Source: Psilocybe cubensis
Lineage: Eukaryota
DNA: 64,000 nucleotides
Assembly (NCBI GenBank): GCA_017499595.2
Contig: CM039000.1
Coordinates: 4,092,001-4,156,000, forward strand
Direction of reading: 5' to 3'
Shown: positions 35,331 to 49,565 of the stretch, in pieces
How positions within the stretch are numbered: the first letter of the stretch is position 1
How the letters are laid out: the number at the start of each line of letters is the position of its first letter
The notes under the pieces: model-generated
The model's input: the letters and a program-made list of their open reading frames with translations, nothing else
Databases searched by the model: none
What the model was told of the DNA's origin: nothing
Translations under genes and position numbers: made by a program

Positions 35331-36785
35331 CTCGTAGCCATCGTGGGAGGGTGGGTGGCCGTTGATGTATTGGGTGTCCATATCGAGCTCGATGTTGTGT
35401 TTCTGTATGTCCCTAAACGGCCGCTCACATTGTTGCTCCTGGCGCTAGCAATAGACATCTTGCACATCAACAGCCAGCTTCTTTCCGCAGCACGGTGACC
35501 TCGTCATAATTCCTCTGTCCTCCTCCTCTGCCATCAGATCGTTTCCTCGCGTCTCGAATCGTCACTGGTTGAAATGGGAGCAGCGGTATCGTAATAGATT
35601 CGGGATGCGGTGGGGTCGTATTGGATTAAGTAACAATGCAGAGACGTCAAGGAGGCTGTGGTGGAGTTAAAAGTGTAGGTAGACACTGTCTCGTAACGCG
35701 CTGCTGTACCAAAGGTTAGCGACAGCGGGCCTCAGTTTCCATTCAACGCCGAACGGGGTACCGCAGAAATTGGGGTAGCCATTGAGTATCCAGAAAATCG
35801 CGACTGATGACAAAAGGTTCCACACTCCATGCTCCTGTGCGTGGGACCGCAATCATATCTCATTAAATACTCCCAGCGGCCAATGATTTTACTTGATTTA
35901 TGTTTCAGTCCCTATGTTTGTTGCAAACACCAACCATGCTTCTGAAGCCACGCTGGAGGTTTAGAAATTATCTCGCTGTATACTTCTAGTGTGTTACTAC
36001 ACTTTCAAATATTCACACAGGGCACCATTAGTGCGAAGATCATTCTGCATGCTACATTTTTATTATATGATTATATCACTCCAACCATTTTTTGCCGAAG
36101 TATCATAGCCTCATTCTCAACGGATCGCTGGGGCAATGTGCATCCACACATTCTAGAGCGTACATTAGACTACATACCGTGAATCAATTTGGAGGATTGT
36201 GAATTTACAAAAGATAATGTCGATGGTATTGGGCTGACCACACGTGGAAGTGGATCTCGGTGATTGTATTGTTATGGTGCTCCTAAATTGGATGACCTGG
36301 ATAGTGTGTACGGTTCTGAACTTCCAGGAAACTTGTGACATCATTCTTTTATTTAACCCCAGGGTTTGCCTGCAGATATTTTTGGCTGGAGCGTGATAGA
36401 CTTCTCTCTTGGAGTATCTAATTATACCTGTTTCCGTTGCTCCTGACAAAGTATCACACGATGTTTTCCTGTTTTATGAATTTTGATTCTGTCGATGCTT
36501 GTATCGAAACAGGTATATAATGTTCAAAATTACAAATCCTTCACCTCATTTTCTTCCTAACGGTAGGTTTGTAGCTGTTCTACGCCTGGGTAATTTTTGT
36601 GTGAAGTATTGGTTCCGATGGAGTACAGTTTTGATGATGCGAATTTTGGATGGTATACGCTCCATATCAACAAATTTGATGGTATCTTTTGATAGACTTG
36701 AGCATGGATCAGTTCTTCCTTTTGTAAGAGATATTTTTGTATATAATATGCGAATTAGTTTTTGACGTTGACTATCCCCACAACC

Positions 36786-37951
36786 ATGGGTACTCAATCC
36801 TCAATTACTCGAGCTGAATATACTGAACGTAGTATCCTTGTCAATGCGCCTATGCTTCAAAACTTCTTGATGGGTACCGGTCATTCGCTGTTTTCTTTTA
36901 CTTCAGCAGTGTAATGCAGCGCGTTATAGGGATTTATACTGTCATTTATGCGTCGACTCTGCATATATGTTGTATGTATCCTCTCTAACGGGATATCAGC
37001 AATCTAACGTACTCATTTTGCAGTATCAAGGGGTCAATCAAGCGCACGAGTTGTCGTCCTCACAATCTCTTTGCTATACATCATAATCCTGGCAAACTGG
37101 ATTTTTCACTGGTATAATCTTGACTGTATATCAATTCTTCACAATCTCGACTTCGACTTTTGGAATGACTCAGGACCCGTCTGGCTGAACCCAGCGTCGG
37201 AAACGTTATTTGATACATCGTTGATTATACACGATAGCCTATTGGTGAGGGAAGGTCAATATCTTTAGCAATACGGCCTACTGAAGCAAAGTATGGAAGA
37301 TTTGGCGATGCTACCATGTATGGGGACAGTCATTCAAAGTTACAGCTGTACCTCTAATGCTGTTGATTGCGGAGTCCGGTACGTGACGACACTCAGAGGG
37401 ATAATCAAACATAATCAATAATGTATATTTCAGCTCTCTTTATTTTGCATATTTTAAGTATCGACAATATCTTCGTATTTGGCGAGGCAAACTTTCTCAC
37501 TTGGACAAACGATTTGACGATATCATCCATGGCGGTGTGTATCGGAACAACAATGTTAACCACAAGTCTTATTGCATGCAAAATAATATTATCATCGCGG
37601 AATACTACATGGTCAAGAGGACGATATCGTCGTATTGTTATCATCATCATCGAATCGTCCTCTGCAACCTCAGTTTGCCTTTTGCTATGGACAATATCAA
37701 GATTCGCTGCACCTACGAATGCATTTCCCTCATTCTCCCTGGCTCAACTACAAAATTTTTCTTCCACATTATTGCTCGTAATACCGGTATATGCTATCTT
37801 TTGGGATTGGTACTAAATGATCTAACATCAACTCTAACAGGGTATTGCGCCAACGCTGATGGTGCTCAGGCTGGCCACTTTCAATGACCACAAAACAGAT
37901 TCGACTACAGTTACACATATATTCGGTCTCTATTCAGATTTCGACAATTGA
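36786..37951 (+). CDS. Multi-pass membrane protein, same family as 2899-4142
   Basis: MGTQSS...MLQNFLM|GIYTVIYASTL...|IWRCYHVWG...IIIESS...|GIAPTLMVLRL; GT-AG introns at family-conserved positions. Confidence 0.8.
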
Positions 37952-38551
37952 CAGAGCGAGGAGGATGCTTCAGCTCAGTTAAGGAACAGTGATAACCTCT
38001 AGGTATGTCCCCAATACTACTGCGCAGAGTACCATGGGACTTTTAGGAATGCTCGAGGTTAAGGAGGAGCGACAGTGAGTGGATACGAAGTATTAGCCTC
38101 TGGAATTTGTATATCATTGCATAAATTCGATTCGTGTGTCCAACGACGAGCCAGATAATGTGTGCTGGGCTCCCTTTGAATAAATAAACCAATCGAAGCA
38201 TTGCCTCGCTCTTTTTAAATTCCTAACATCAATTCCTACTCTAAACCGCCCTGTCACACACTCTCCCGATCTTTCTACACACACACCATCCTATCTTCAA
38301 ATCACTGCATATAAAATTCCCAGGCACCAATCCCACACCATCTCCATCCTCATCCTCATGCGTCGAAGTCCCCCCGTTCTGCCCAAGGTTCCAACTTTAC
38401 GGCAGATGCGCATGGAGGCCCACCGACCCGCTCGCATGTATCACCGTATTGACACGCGTCCTTTGCTTGGAGATGAAATGCCGACAGGTCGACGTATGTC
38501 TATCTAGTGGTAAAAAAACAAGTTGCGAGTCAGGCCGATGAATATATGTCT

Positions 38552-38650
38552 TGAAAATTTCTGTTTTGAACCTGTCACTTAAAAACCTAGATGTAACGAA
38601 TGAAAATTCCTGTTTTTGAACTCATCACTTAAAAACCTAGATGTAACGAA
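38552..38650. repeat. Tandem duplication, about 50 bp x2
   Basis: TGAAAATT...TCACTTAAAAACCTAGATGTAACGAA repeated twice. Confidence 0.9.
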
Positions 38651-39019
38651 AAGGTACGCGTTTTGTGACAAAGAACCGAACGTAACCATGGGATTTGAGA
38701 GGAGACGAGACGATACAAGGCGAATCATGACAGATGATGGGTCGAGGTATGTGAATTTACATTGCAATGTGCTGTGCTGTAGCGATTTTAGTTGACACAC
38801 AAGGACAGTGAACAGTGTGAGCAGAGATTGCAAAGGCGGGTTATTCATTGGCTTTGAAATCATATATACACAGCATCCAGTTACTACAGTACCGTTTTGT
38901 TGTAGCCTACACCCAATCAACATTATAAACTCCAAAAACTAAATACGCATTCCCACACGTAGCATCCATACCTATACACGAGTCAACATCAACACATTAT
39001 AAAATAAAGGAAAAACAGA

Positions 39020-39550
39020 AACATACCGCCGACTTTCCCATTTCCATCTACGCAGTTTGTGAATATTCACTGAATAGTTTACGAAACATCCACACAAGGC
39101 GATGACGCTGCGCCAGCCGTCTGGTGGAGGTTTGACCCGCCGATAGCCGCGTCGCCTGCGGTGCAGAATACGACGTTGTCTCCGGGCACGGTGAACGCGT
39201 TATTGGGGATGCTGGCGAGGTAATTGTAACATTCTACGGTGTTGGATATGTCTGCGGTTATGAATGTGGCAATGACCATAGACCATGGTTCAACATAACC
39301 GCCTGTATACCGTGTACCTCAAAGTATTAACATAGGCTGGAATTTGGAGAGCGGTAGAGGATCTATGGGCAAACATTTCTTGTTGTCGGTGATAAGAGAA
39401 ACCACTCACAAATCGTTAAAGCAAATCGCGCACATATACGTCGTCTCCGGCACTTGCGGGAATGGACCGTATTTAACACGTCGCTTCCTCGACTTGCGGA
39501 GGACTTGGCACAAATTGGAGTGTGTAGACCGGTACGCGATTCCAGAATGA
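39020..39550 (-). pseudogene. Remnant of a small cysteine-rich secreted-type protein gene
   Basis: ECYNYLASIPNNAFTVPGDNVVFCTAGDAAIGGSN...SSPCVDVS and TNCVDGNGKVG exon segments; upstream frames carry stops. Confidence 0.5.
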
Positions 39551-42500
39551 ACTAGTTGACGCATATACGTGACTAACTCGTGTGTGTGCATGAAACGAAA
39601 GAAGCAGACGAGACTGAAAGCGAGACATAAGCGTATTTATCTCATAAGAGACAGACACAACCCAACAAAGAGTCAGTCCGAAAAGCCAAATGGACGATGA
39701 AGGATCGGACAAGACACTGGTCGTAGTGAGAATGGAGAGGTGATGTGGGTGGTGGGAGGGGTGACAATCACGCCAAGGAAGGTGAGGGAAGGAAACGATA
39801 GAGGATGGGATTGGTTTGTCCTGGGAATCTGTTCGAGGAGCACAAAGGGTTACAAAACGGCACGCACCGACTCATCAACATTTGGGTTCAAGCCCATCGC
39901 TCACACCGCCTCACCCGCACCATCAACCTCACCATTGCCCTCGCTGATGCTACCGCAACCCCTGCGAACAGGAACCATTCGATCTGAGTATCCCATGACC
40001 TCGGAGAATACAAGTATAAGTCACCCACATCCCATCGACACCAATGTGCACAAAAACCGAGTCATGTTATGGCCCTTCAGTATTGTTGTATGCATACGTG
40101 CGGAATCGCCCACTTCATCCTGCACTATGACCAAGGGAGAATACAGTACATGTACATGTATTCATCGGGAGAGGCCGCGGCGGGCAAAGAAACGATGTGG
40201 ATGCGATGGAGAATGCAAAGATCGGTGGAATTACTTGGGGGTATGGAGAGTGGAGAGTGGAATAGGGAGTGTTAGAGGGTCACTCACATACACGCCTCGC
40301 CCCTTAATAAACTATCTTCAAAACGTCCTGGGACGAGGTGCCACCAGACGAGGATGGGGGGAGGGGGCTCAAGCGGGAGCTCGGTTGGCGAGCGAGTCGA
40401 ATTCACTTGAAAAGAACATGATCCTTGTCAATTAAGTACAACATCATCTATCGTCCAAGTAAACTTCTCTTATATTTCAATGAGCATCGACAACCACATC
40501 GTGGCGGAGTGGGAATGTGGAGGTTGGCGCGGGTGGTGTGGATGAGGATAAGAATGGGTGGATCGCGGAGAAAGTGGGTGAGACAGAGTAGGACTTTGTG
40601 TTATCGGTGACGGAAGATGATTCGAATGTGCGGTGCTGAGTGGCTGGGCGTTGGCATTCTGTTCTGCGAAGGCGTGAGCTAATGCGATAGGAAAGGTCGC
40701 GGAGAATAAAACACACGCTGTTGTCTTCCACTTGGAACGTTCAAGGTGGCGGTTATTTCAACCTGTGGTGGAATTGACAAAAGCCATCAAAACTCCGCCC
40801 TAAACACCCGTCGCCACGACTTCTCGCTTCATTAGCGAATCGCCCCAGCTATCAATATCAGACCACACAACATGCTTAAGCCCTTTTATATCCGTCAACG
40901 CTGCTCAAGAACCTGTGCCATACCCTTCGCCTAATGAGAAACGGGAGGAAGTGGAGGTGGTGCATAACCTAGGGTGAAGAGCAGGGGGTTGGTTGTGTTT
41001 TTATTGATGATAGTGAGGTGGGGTGTGGGCGAGAGGATGTGGTGAATGGTGCACTCGACGAGAATAGGAATGTGGAAGGCGTAGAGAGTATGAGCGTTGG
41101 TTAAGGAGACAGAGGTGGAGGTGGATGATCCAGGGGAATCGAACAAGAATTTTAAGAATGAGCCATGAACACACTCTACGTTGCGCTTGGTCCCACTTGG
41201 TCCAATGAATCCGGCAAGTTTGTGCATCAATATGAAACTGACGTGATCCCGGAGACAATGCGTGAGGTGGCAGGCAACGCACTACCGACATTCGGAAACG
41301 GGCCACCACCAGACGCTGAATGAAATGGTAAAAAGTGGAGTAAACAACAAGACCCATTCACATAGGCACGCACACACACGCACCTCAGTTGAAACGAAAT
41401 ACATTGTCCAGCCTCCCACTCCCGCCGAGTTCCACAATGGAAACCACTTTGGTACCCCTCAACCCTTTACTTCTGAAGCTTACTTTTACTCTTGTGCACA
41501 ACCCGTCAACGCCAAGGTCCATATATGTGCCGGTATCGAGTCCGGGAGCTGAGAGTCTTGCACACGACGCATGAGCGCTTTGTATAGAGGGTATGGAGGA
41601 TGAGTCGATGCAGACAAGGATGGGAATGCGGATATTTAGGCTGCGGGGTGAACGTGAGATTGAGGGTTGTCCTTTTGCGTCGACGTTGACTGTGAGGTAG
41701 TAAAGAGAGGGAGGGGGGTGCTTGCATTGTCCGGGTTGTGAACGAAAGTGGAAGAAAGAAGTGGGATAGGTGGAAATGGTCACTCACCAGCACTGAGATA
41801 AACACAGAATCCAGCGAACGGGTGAAACCGGCTGAGATAGGGTCGCGAATGCTGGCAGGTTTGTGGCAAAGTTGTAAGTTGTGTACTTGGATGCGCAAGG
41901 ACAGACAGAGTCTTCGTCGTCGTGCGAGGTCGGGAGGCCGTCGGTGCGCTTGGCGTCCATGTAGAGTTATAAGTTGTACTCATTCATGTGTGCTCTTTCC
42001 CCTCACAATCGTGGACATACCTATTCAGTTCCTCCCCTCGGTGAGGCAACCTCCTCACAATGTCCTCCTTTGTAATTGCTTTGTTCCCAGTTGAATCAAC
42101 GGCGGATGTACTCGCAGAGAGACAGGGAAGGCAAAAGGGTGTATCTGATTCAGCTGTGAGGGATAAGATGCTGACGACGAGGAAAAGGGATTAATGCAGG
42201 TCAGCGTACCTTGTTGCAGTCCACCGCCGGACAAGAAGTTGGAAAAAAACCTTGACTCGACGTCGGAGCAGGTATGTTTCCCACTCTACACCGATCCATC
42301 AATGAGTTGTTGAAGATCGTAACAGCCTGAGTATTGAGGTAGTCGAACTGTCTTACCGGAGATTATTGGAATCTGAGGCCTTGAGGGCCTATGGCATGAG
42401 TGCATGGACGTTGGGAGAGTGAAACCACGTGTGAGGGTGAGGGAATTGTTGGGAGAAGTTGGGCGTAAACTCACTAGAATACGACTAACCGTTTTGCCAC

Positions 42501-42789
42501 CTGCCGTTCCGATCACAATATAACACCAACTATCCTCCATTTCGCAACCATTGGCGCAGACTGCCCACAGCTGCCAGCGCTGGAGTTGAATACGCCATCG
42601 GCACGCACGAGATAGCAAAGAACGTATACGTGTACATGGAATAGCATGAAGAGCGCGAACACAACCTGCAATTTCTACTGCACCGGACCCACAGACTTTC
42701 ACCATCAGACACGACGCTGGCAGTACAACAAGTCTCACATATATGCATATGAACGCTGTACAGCTGCAGCGGCGTCGATGTTAAGTATG

Positions 42790-43070
42790 TGCCAGCATAA
42801 TAGGAAATTGAGGGTGATAGCGGTGGAGAGGGGTGTGTTGTGGGTGTCCTCGAGTCGCGAAAAAAAAGCAAAAAAATCAAACGCGAACCGCTCACCTAAC
42901 GTTTCTCACTGCTTTGTGCCTCTACCTTGCTACCCTGCGTTCCATCTTGCCAGTTGCATATTCTTGGACTCTTGGTTGTCGTTCGAGTGGTCGGGGAAGA
43001 GATGGTGGTGGAAGAAGACAAATGTCGCGTTGTTTGTCCCTGCTGTTGTCAGGGACATTCAAACTCCGCT
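42790..43070. repeat. Dispersed repeat, inverted copy at 57261-57563
   Basis: ATGGTGGTGGAAGAAGACAAATGTCGCGTTGTTTGTCCCTGCTGTTGTCAGGGACATTCAAACTCCGC is the near reverse complement of 57262-57329; similarity extends over about 300 bp. Confidence 0.85.
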
Positions 43071-43149
43071 CAAGAACACAACCACTCACACTCTCATGAT
43101 TACCGACAAACACGCGTACTTCCCCCTCTCGTTGTCTATTAGATCAAAA

Positions 43150-44090
43150 ATATGATCAATACCTACCTACTCCGCCCAAACCACTTCACAACATACCCAA
43201 TCGCAATGACGGAGTAGGACTTTGAGAGCATGTCGCATAGCTCGGAGAGATATGTGCGGGTTGTTGGGTCGGAGAGTGGAGTCCTATGGGTGGTGTCGTG
43301 GAAGGGGAGGGATTGGGATATGGGTGCGGTTTGGGAGGTGTCGGGTCCGTGTGGTGTGTGGCAAGTTGTGTCGTGGATGAGAGGATGGGAGGAGCGAGAT
43401 GAGGTGTGGGGATGGAGAGGACAAGGTCGTCAGTAGTCATAGAAGATAGAAGAAAAATTGAAGCAGCACCCAACCAACAAAGTACGACAAAATACGAGAA
43501 CAAAATAACACGATCACTCGCATTTAAGCATACACATAGCATGTCCCATTGTGCATACGAACATCTATGGGAACCCTTAGTGGGTTAGGTGCGTTGTGTT
43601 GCGTATTGTGTAGCTTACGAACGGGCCAAAACCATCCAACTATAAAGGCAGAAGAGAAGATACGACGGACATACCTTTGCAATACTCCCGTCTCCACTGA
43701 TGCGCACGCGCGACGGCATGTATAATTCTGCACGTCCTTTTTCTGCGCACAGGTGTTGGAGAGTTTGAGTGCAAGGAGCGCGTTGACGTCTCCCGGCTTT
43801 CTTTTTCACGGGTGGGGTGAGCTCATGAAGACATGAGGCGGGGGAAGGAATGGACGTACGTGGTTCACAACGAATGTACATAGTAACATGTACTTTGTCA
43901 CCTGGACTTTGCCACCAACAGCGGAAGGACCCACTACTCCCGCGACGCTGAAGTTGTCGAACGCCTCAAAGAAGTAGAGACAGTCCCGGATTGCATGTGG
44001 AGCTGGGATTGGAGGTAGGGTGAGCGATAGATTGAGTTGGCGGTGGTGCGAGAGGATGTTGGGGAGGCTTGTACGTGCGCGGATGCATGT
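43150..44090 (-). pseudogene. Decayed partial duplicate of RPN6 including intron sequence
   Basis: YFFEAFDNFS, KYMLLC and HISPSYAT (HLSELYD region); nucleotide matches to 23690-25340 including intronic stretches; frameshifts and deletions. Confidence 0.85.
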
Positions 44091-44987
44091 CTGACCCTGT
44101 GTCAAAGTGAGAAGGAAGCAAGGAAATCGATGCCATTGTGGTGGAGGGAGTGCGTTGCGGAGTGAGTGAAAAATTGAGAGTAATGCGGTTGTTCTGAATG
44201 GGGAGGATCAAGCGGGGTTGAGAGCGTTGCTGGGGAAAGTGGAAGCAATTCTATCAAGTTGGGGGGGACAAAATGTAGAGAATACGGGGGTTGAGGAGGT
44301 ATTTGTGGAGATTGACGCACCCCAGAAAGCATAGAGGAGCTGCGGATAGTTTGAGTAAACACAAACGAACATAAATGTTTCCTCCATCTCCAACCATGAA
44401 CACATGTCTAGAGTCCCGGAAGAATTATGGTGTGTTGAGTGGCAGGGGAACTTGGAGATGACGGACTGCAAATTTAAATTTCGGAAAATTGTAAATTTCG
44501 GAATAACAAAGATGAAAACTCGCTCCGAGGTTTACTTAACCTCGGACTTCGGAGGAATATAGGTAAAATCGCTATACTTGGACCTGATAAGCCTTATAAA
44601 AAGGCGAAAATGTGGAAGGGAGCTCTCCCAAGCTCACGCTTTTGTCCACAAGCCTATAGGCCATCCGGCCTTTCTTTGCCAACTCACAGCTCACTTTGCT
44701 TCCTGCTCGTTGGACACATTAATCCCTACACCCTGAACCCTAAACCAAGCAGCTAGCACTTTTGGAAATGGAAAGAATGGTAGGTTGTTCATTACACTAG
44801 GTATTGACCTTTACTTACCACACCATTTCTTAGAATCAAATACATGTTCAAAAAGACCTAGGACCACAACGTGGTTCTGAGGTTTTAGGGCTTAAATCAC
44901 AAGAGTACGTGACATGGTTTTCATGGCAAAACAAAATACTCAATACCAGCTCAGTGTTAGACATCTTCAATGGGGTTTGGCTACCAG

Positions 44988-45851
44988 CAAACCGGCCATC
45001 TCGTACTGTGGGCAATGGAAAGAATGGTAGGTCATTATACTAGGAATTGGCTTTTACTTACTGACATACCATTTCTTAGAATCAAATACACACTCACAAA
45101 TACCCAGGACAACTGTTTCCAAGAAAACAGACAATGGCAACAAAAAGACAAGAAGACCAAAGAGACATGTTGTTTCAGAGGATTCCAAAATGGTAGCATT
45201 GTACAAAGCTGCCAGGGAATCCCAGAATGTCAGGGAAAAGTGGATCAAAACTCCCCCAGTTCTCTTCCAACAAGTTGTTTAATCATTTGGACAAAAAACA
45301 TTCATTCTCTTTCAGCCATCACAAAACAAAAATCCTTCAAAAAATGATTGAACATATTGTCCAGATACCAATCCAACAGGGCATCTCTATGATGTCTGAT
45401 CTTGTTCTGCCCTCTTCCCTTCCAGGTCCCAGAACAAGATCAGACACCATAGAGATGCCCTGTTGGATTGGTATCTGGACAATATGTTCAATCATTTTTT
45501 GAAGGATTTTTGTTTTGTGATGGCTGAAAGAGAATGAATGTTTTTTGTCCAAATGATTAAACAACTTGTTGGAAGAGAACTGGGGGAGTTTTGATCCACT
45601 TTTCCCTGACATTCTGGGATTCCCTGGCAGCTTTGTACAATGCTACCATTTTGGAATCCTCTGAAACAACATGTCTCTTTGGTCTTCTTGTATTTTTGTT
45701 GCCATTGTCTGTTTTCTTGGAAACAGTTGTCCTGGGTATTTGTGAGTGTGTATTTGATTCTAAGAAATGGTATGTCAGTAAGTAAAAGCCAATTCCTAGT
45801 ATAATGACCTACCATTCTTTCCATTTCCCACAGTACGAGATGGTCGGTTTG
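44988..45851. repeat. Long near-perfect inverted repeat (422-bp arms, 20-nt loop)
   Basis: Arm 44988-45409 is the reverse complement of 45430-45851 with about four substitutions seen by eye; mirrored ORFs appear in the ORF track. Confidence 0.95.
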
Positions 45852-46870
45852 GCTGTTTGTAGCGCGACATGGCTCATCAGTGCCGTGCACAGTACTGATA
45901 TACTGTTACAAAAGCGTAGCCTCTCGGGAAGCGGAGTTTAAACCTGGCATTCCACAACACCTGCGACTCCTACTCTCTCCTGCCCACGGTATGGACCCAT
46001 AGGGACTTTCTTTTGGTGTGTAATGTCTGGACCGCGTGATAGGGAGGTCGTGATGCAGTGGGTGAAAGCAGGAAAGGATGTGAGATTGCAGGGACGTGAG
46101 GAAGGACTCAGGATGAAAGGTGAGTCGATACAACCACTCTTTCACCGCGAAATTTTACTACTGACATGTTTTGAAATATGATATCCATCCTAGCCGTATT
46201 TACGGTGTCAAAGTTTGACTTTACAGTCCCTCCAAGGCCTACGTGCCCCTCAACGTTTCAACGATTAGCAAATGCCTTGCCGTTTACCAAACACGCTCAC
46301 GCAATACATCCCTCGCACGCTACTGCAACAACAAACTCAACGGTAGGCTGGGTATATTAAGAGGTGCGAAAGTGACGGAGAGGTCATGGCGATGTTTGAG
46401 GTGCGTCAATACCTCATACCATTTCATTCACCATTCTTGTCTGCTTACACACAATATCCTCGTCTTACTCTGCCCTCCACATGTCGCCGCTTCGACACTC
46501 CGCTCCTTACCCTTGTATTATCATATTTCCATCTCCATCGTAGACCTTTCTGTCTATCGCCCTTACCTATAAAAAAATCTTTTTTAAATGGCTAGGCAAA
46601 GGACAAAGCGGGAGAAAAAGTTGCAATCGCTCCACCACTGCTCTTCAGTAGTTGACACCTACTCCATCCATCCGCTGACGGTCAGTACTGTACTACAATT
46701 GGATGAGGGTTGAATTGGGGAGATGAGCAGAGGTTGTTGTCACACATATATTATATGTATTAAGGTGCGTTTTCGCAGTTTTGGCATCATTTATCTCCCA
46801 CTCATACCCTCCTGTTGTGTCCCATCCTGTCTTCATATCACACAACACGCACACACACTCACAGCTGATC

Positions 46871-47570
46871 ATGAACAAATCCCTGCCACTTAAACCATCA
46901 ATTTCAACGCACCGACCTCTCACATACCGACTGACACGGCCAGTCCTTCAATCCATCACCAATACCACCACATTCCCCTCTGCAGAAGTCTTGACAGCAA
47001 AAGAACGCGTAATTTTTCGGTTACTTCTCGACCAACTGTGCATGGTCTGGGGTAGGACCCCACCATCTCTCTCGCTAACGTGTCCTCCCCTCCCTCATTG
47101 GCTATACCCACTCCTCAGGCGCGAACGCTCTACAGTTCTACTTCGCTTAGTTGTTAATGTCAATAATGTCAAGTCTCACTGCCTACACAATATCCCATTT
47201 GATTTCAAATTTCCACATCTCATCCCCATCCTCGTCTGGGGCCGCCTTGTCGCTGAGGACGCCTGGTATGCTACTGAGCTACACTCTCCATCAGCAACTG
47301 CATGACAATTTTGAATTTGTTTTCTTTTTCATACAGTGTCATTAACGAAGAACACAAACACAAACACAAACACAAAAACTAAATCCAGCACGAGCCGGTG
47401 GAAAATAGCGCAACGTGGGTGGAAAAACTCCCTACCATGAATCGTGATGGGCAGTATGCGCGTGTAGGCATCGGCCTCCATATTGACGAGTATGAATTCA
47501 AGGGGAATGTGGTGTGTAGATGCAGCGTTTTGGCGGATCCCGTTGAGTATTGGAGTCCTCTGAATCGTAT
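46871..47570 (+). CDS. Hypothetical spliced protein or relic
   Basis: MNKSLPLKP...LCMVW|...LVAEDAW|...ARVGIGLHIDEY...WSPLN with GT-AG boundaries; 3' end unresolved. Confidence 0.35.
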
Positions 47571-49565
47571 GTGCGTGTACGGGGTGTGGAAAAGTGTATG
47601 ATGTGTGCGCAGGATACTAAATACATCAGCTCTGGGGAACATCAAAGGAAAACCAGGCAAGGTATCTTTTTCCGCTTCTCCTACGTCTGTTCCAACATGG
47701 ATGCAACGAGAGTAGTAACGCGCACCTCCATTCGATGTACAGTCAAACAAGAACAAACATGGCAACGTCACCTCTTGCTTTTCACCACAACCGCTGCCGC
47801 CGCCAACACCACCACTAACGACTTGTGGTGCATGGAAGAAACGCCAACAATGGAGGAAGGGGCTTGTTGGAAGGGAAGCAATGGAAAGAACCGTGAGTTT
47901 TGATCAAATTCAACCCGAGAAAACTGACGACCCTCTTTTCGCAGTTTGCGACCGATACGCACGATGTACACACCCAGTGCTACTTGCCAACACTTGCATC
48001 TCTTATTTGTCACGTCTCACCTAGAGGTTCAATCGAGCAGTTCAACATGCGGTTCGCCGACCCCTTGGAATTTTCCAACGAGGTGCTGCTCGTTTCGTTT
48101 CATTTCATCTCGGCCACATCCGCCTCTTCCGCCACTTTGCTGCTCTACCCAAAGAAACACAATGAGGATTTCCAACGCACAAAATTGAATAGCGGTTGAC
48201 GTTGGGATAGGTGTGGGCGTGGGTGGGGTAGATATGCGTAAGAGTTAACATGTGAGTGACCATACGGCGGGCATACGACCGCCAAACCCACGGCCAAACT
48301 TCCGATTCTTCCCCGCCTATCTCTCCGCGTACCAATCGACGACGATACACAGGTGTAACTGTAGAGGCGTAGTAGAGTTTTTGTAACATTTCGGTGCGTG
48401 GCAGTAACTACACAGAATAGCACCAAACTCCGTTCACACTCGCACTGGCACTCTATCCTGCCCTCGCAAAAGCGTTTGTCCACCACCCAGCCACTCAAAA
48501 TATCGACCTCCGCACAGCGGCCACAGCCAACACCCATGCACCATCATGACCCCTTCCACACACGTATCCCCTCCCACTCTTTCTATTCATGACTTACTGC
48601 GAACCCCCCTCCTGACGCTCTTGACAGAGGTGTTTGGCAAAGTGATTGCACACACTTTCTCACTCCGCCGTGTGATCCACGTTATCCATGATCTCCCTCC
48701 ATATCATCATTCTCAAAACTCGTGCTAACTTCCCATACTTCCGCTCAGCCTCGGTGTACTTGTCAAAGCCCAATAAAGGCTCACATATACACCGACCAAG
48801 CTCCCGCTCTGTCCCACGGTGGCCAGCACTTCCCCTTCTTCATCTGAAGTGGCCTTCCCACTATGTATGAGCTGTCTCGTGTCCCCCTTCCTCTCCGTCA
48901 GTTTTTTTGATTTTGATTTTGTATTCATGCACAGCAGCACAAGCAGATGGCCAAGGGTACAACGAGGAGGGTGAGACACCCTATCCTCGACGATGATGGG
49001 TTGTATGCGTGTGTGTTGAGATGTAGTGGATGCCCCACCTTTCCTCGTCTTGATTTTATTCATTTGTCCCATCGTTGCAGCTGTGTCCCTCTCAGTCAAG
49101 CCACTGAATGATGGATGCGGGATGCGGGATGGTGGGGTTGTCGCTGAGTTTGCACAGTGCATGTACGTTGGACTTGGGCTTTGAATGTGTACGCCAGCCT
49201 TGCTCGTTGTGGTCTTTCTGGGTGGCTTCTCTCTGTGTGTATGTGTCCATTGCCTGTGCGTCTGCGCGTCCTAATTCTGTGAAGTCCTTTTAAGGTTTCT
49301 CCTAAGATGCTGTTCTCTTGTACATCTGTAATGTTGTAGTCGATAATTAAAACTTGTGATGGGCTAGAATTTCTTTGTTTGTGTCTACGTTTGCGTGCAG
49401 TCTCGCTTCACCGCGGTTAGATGCAACACGGCAAATATCCTGAAGTTTAACGTTATGTAGCCGTGGGAGTGGCATTGCACGCGCACAGTATAAATAGCAG
49501 AAGAAAAACAATTAAGAACATCGCACGCACCAAATCATCCGACTCCTTACCGCTATCCGTAGCCC

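Noticed and set aside
44970-45890. Pairs of near-identical ORFs on opposite strands
   Set aside because: They result from the palindrome; no evidence of real coding.
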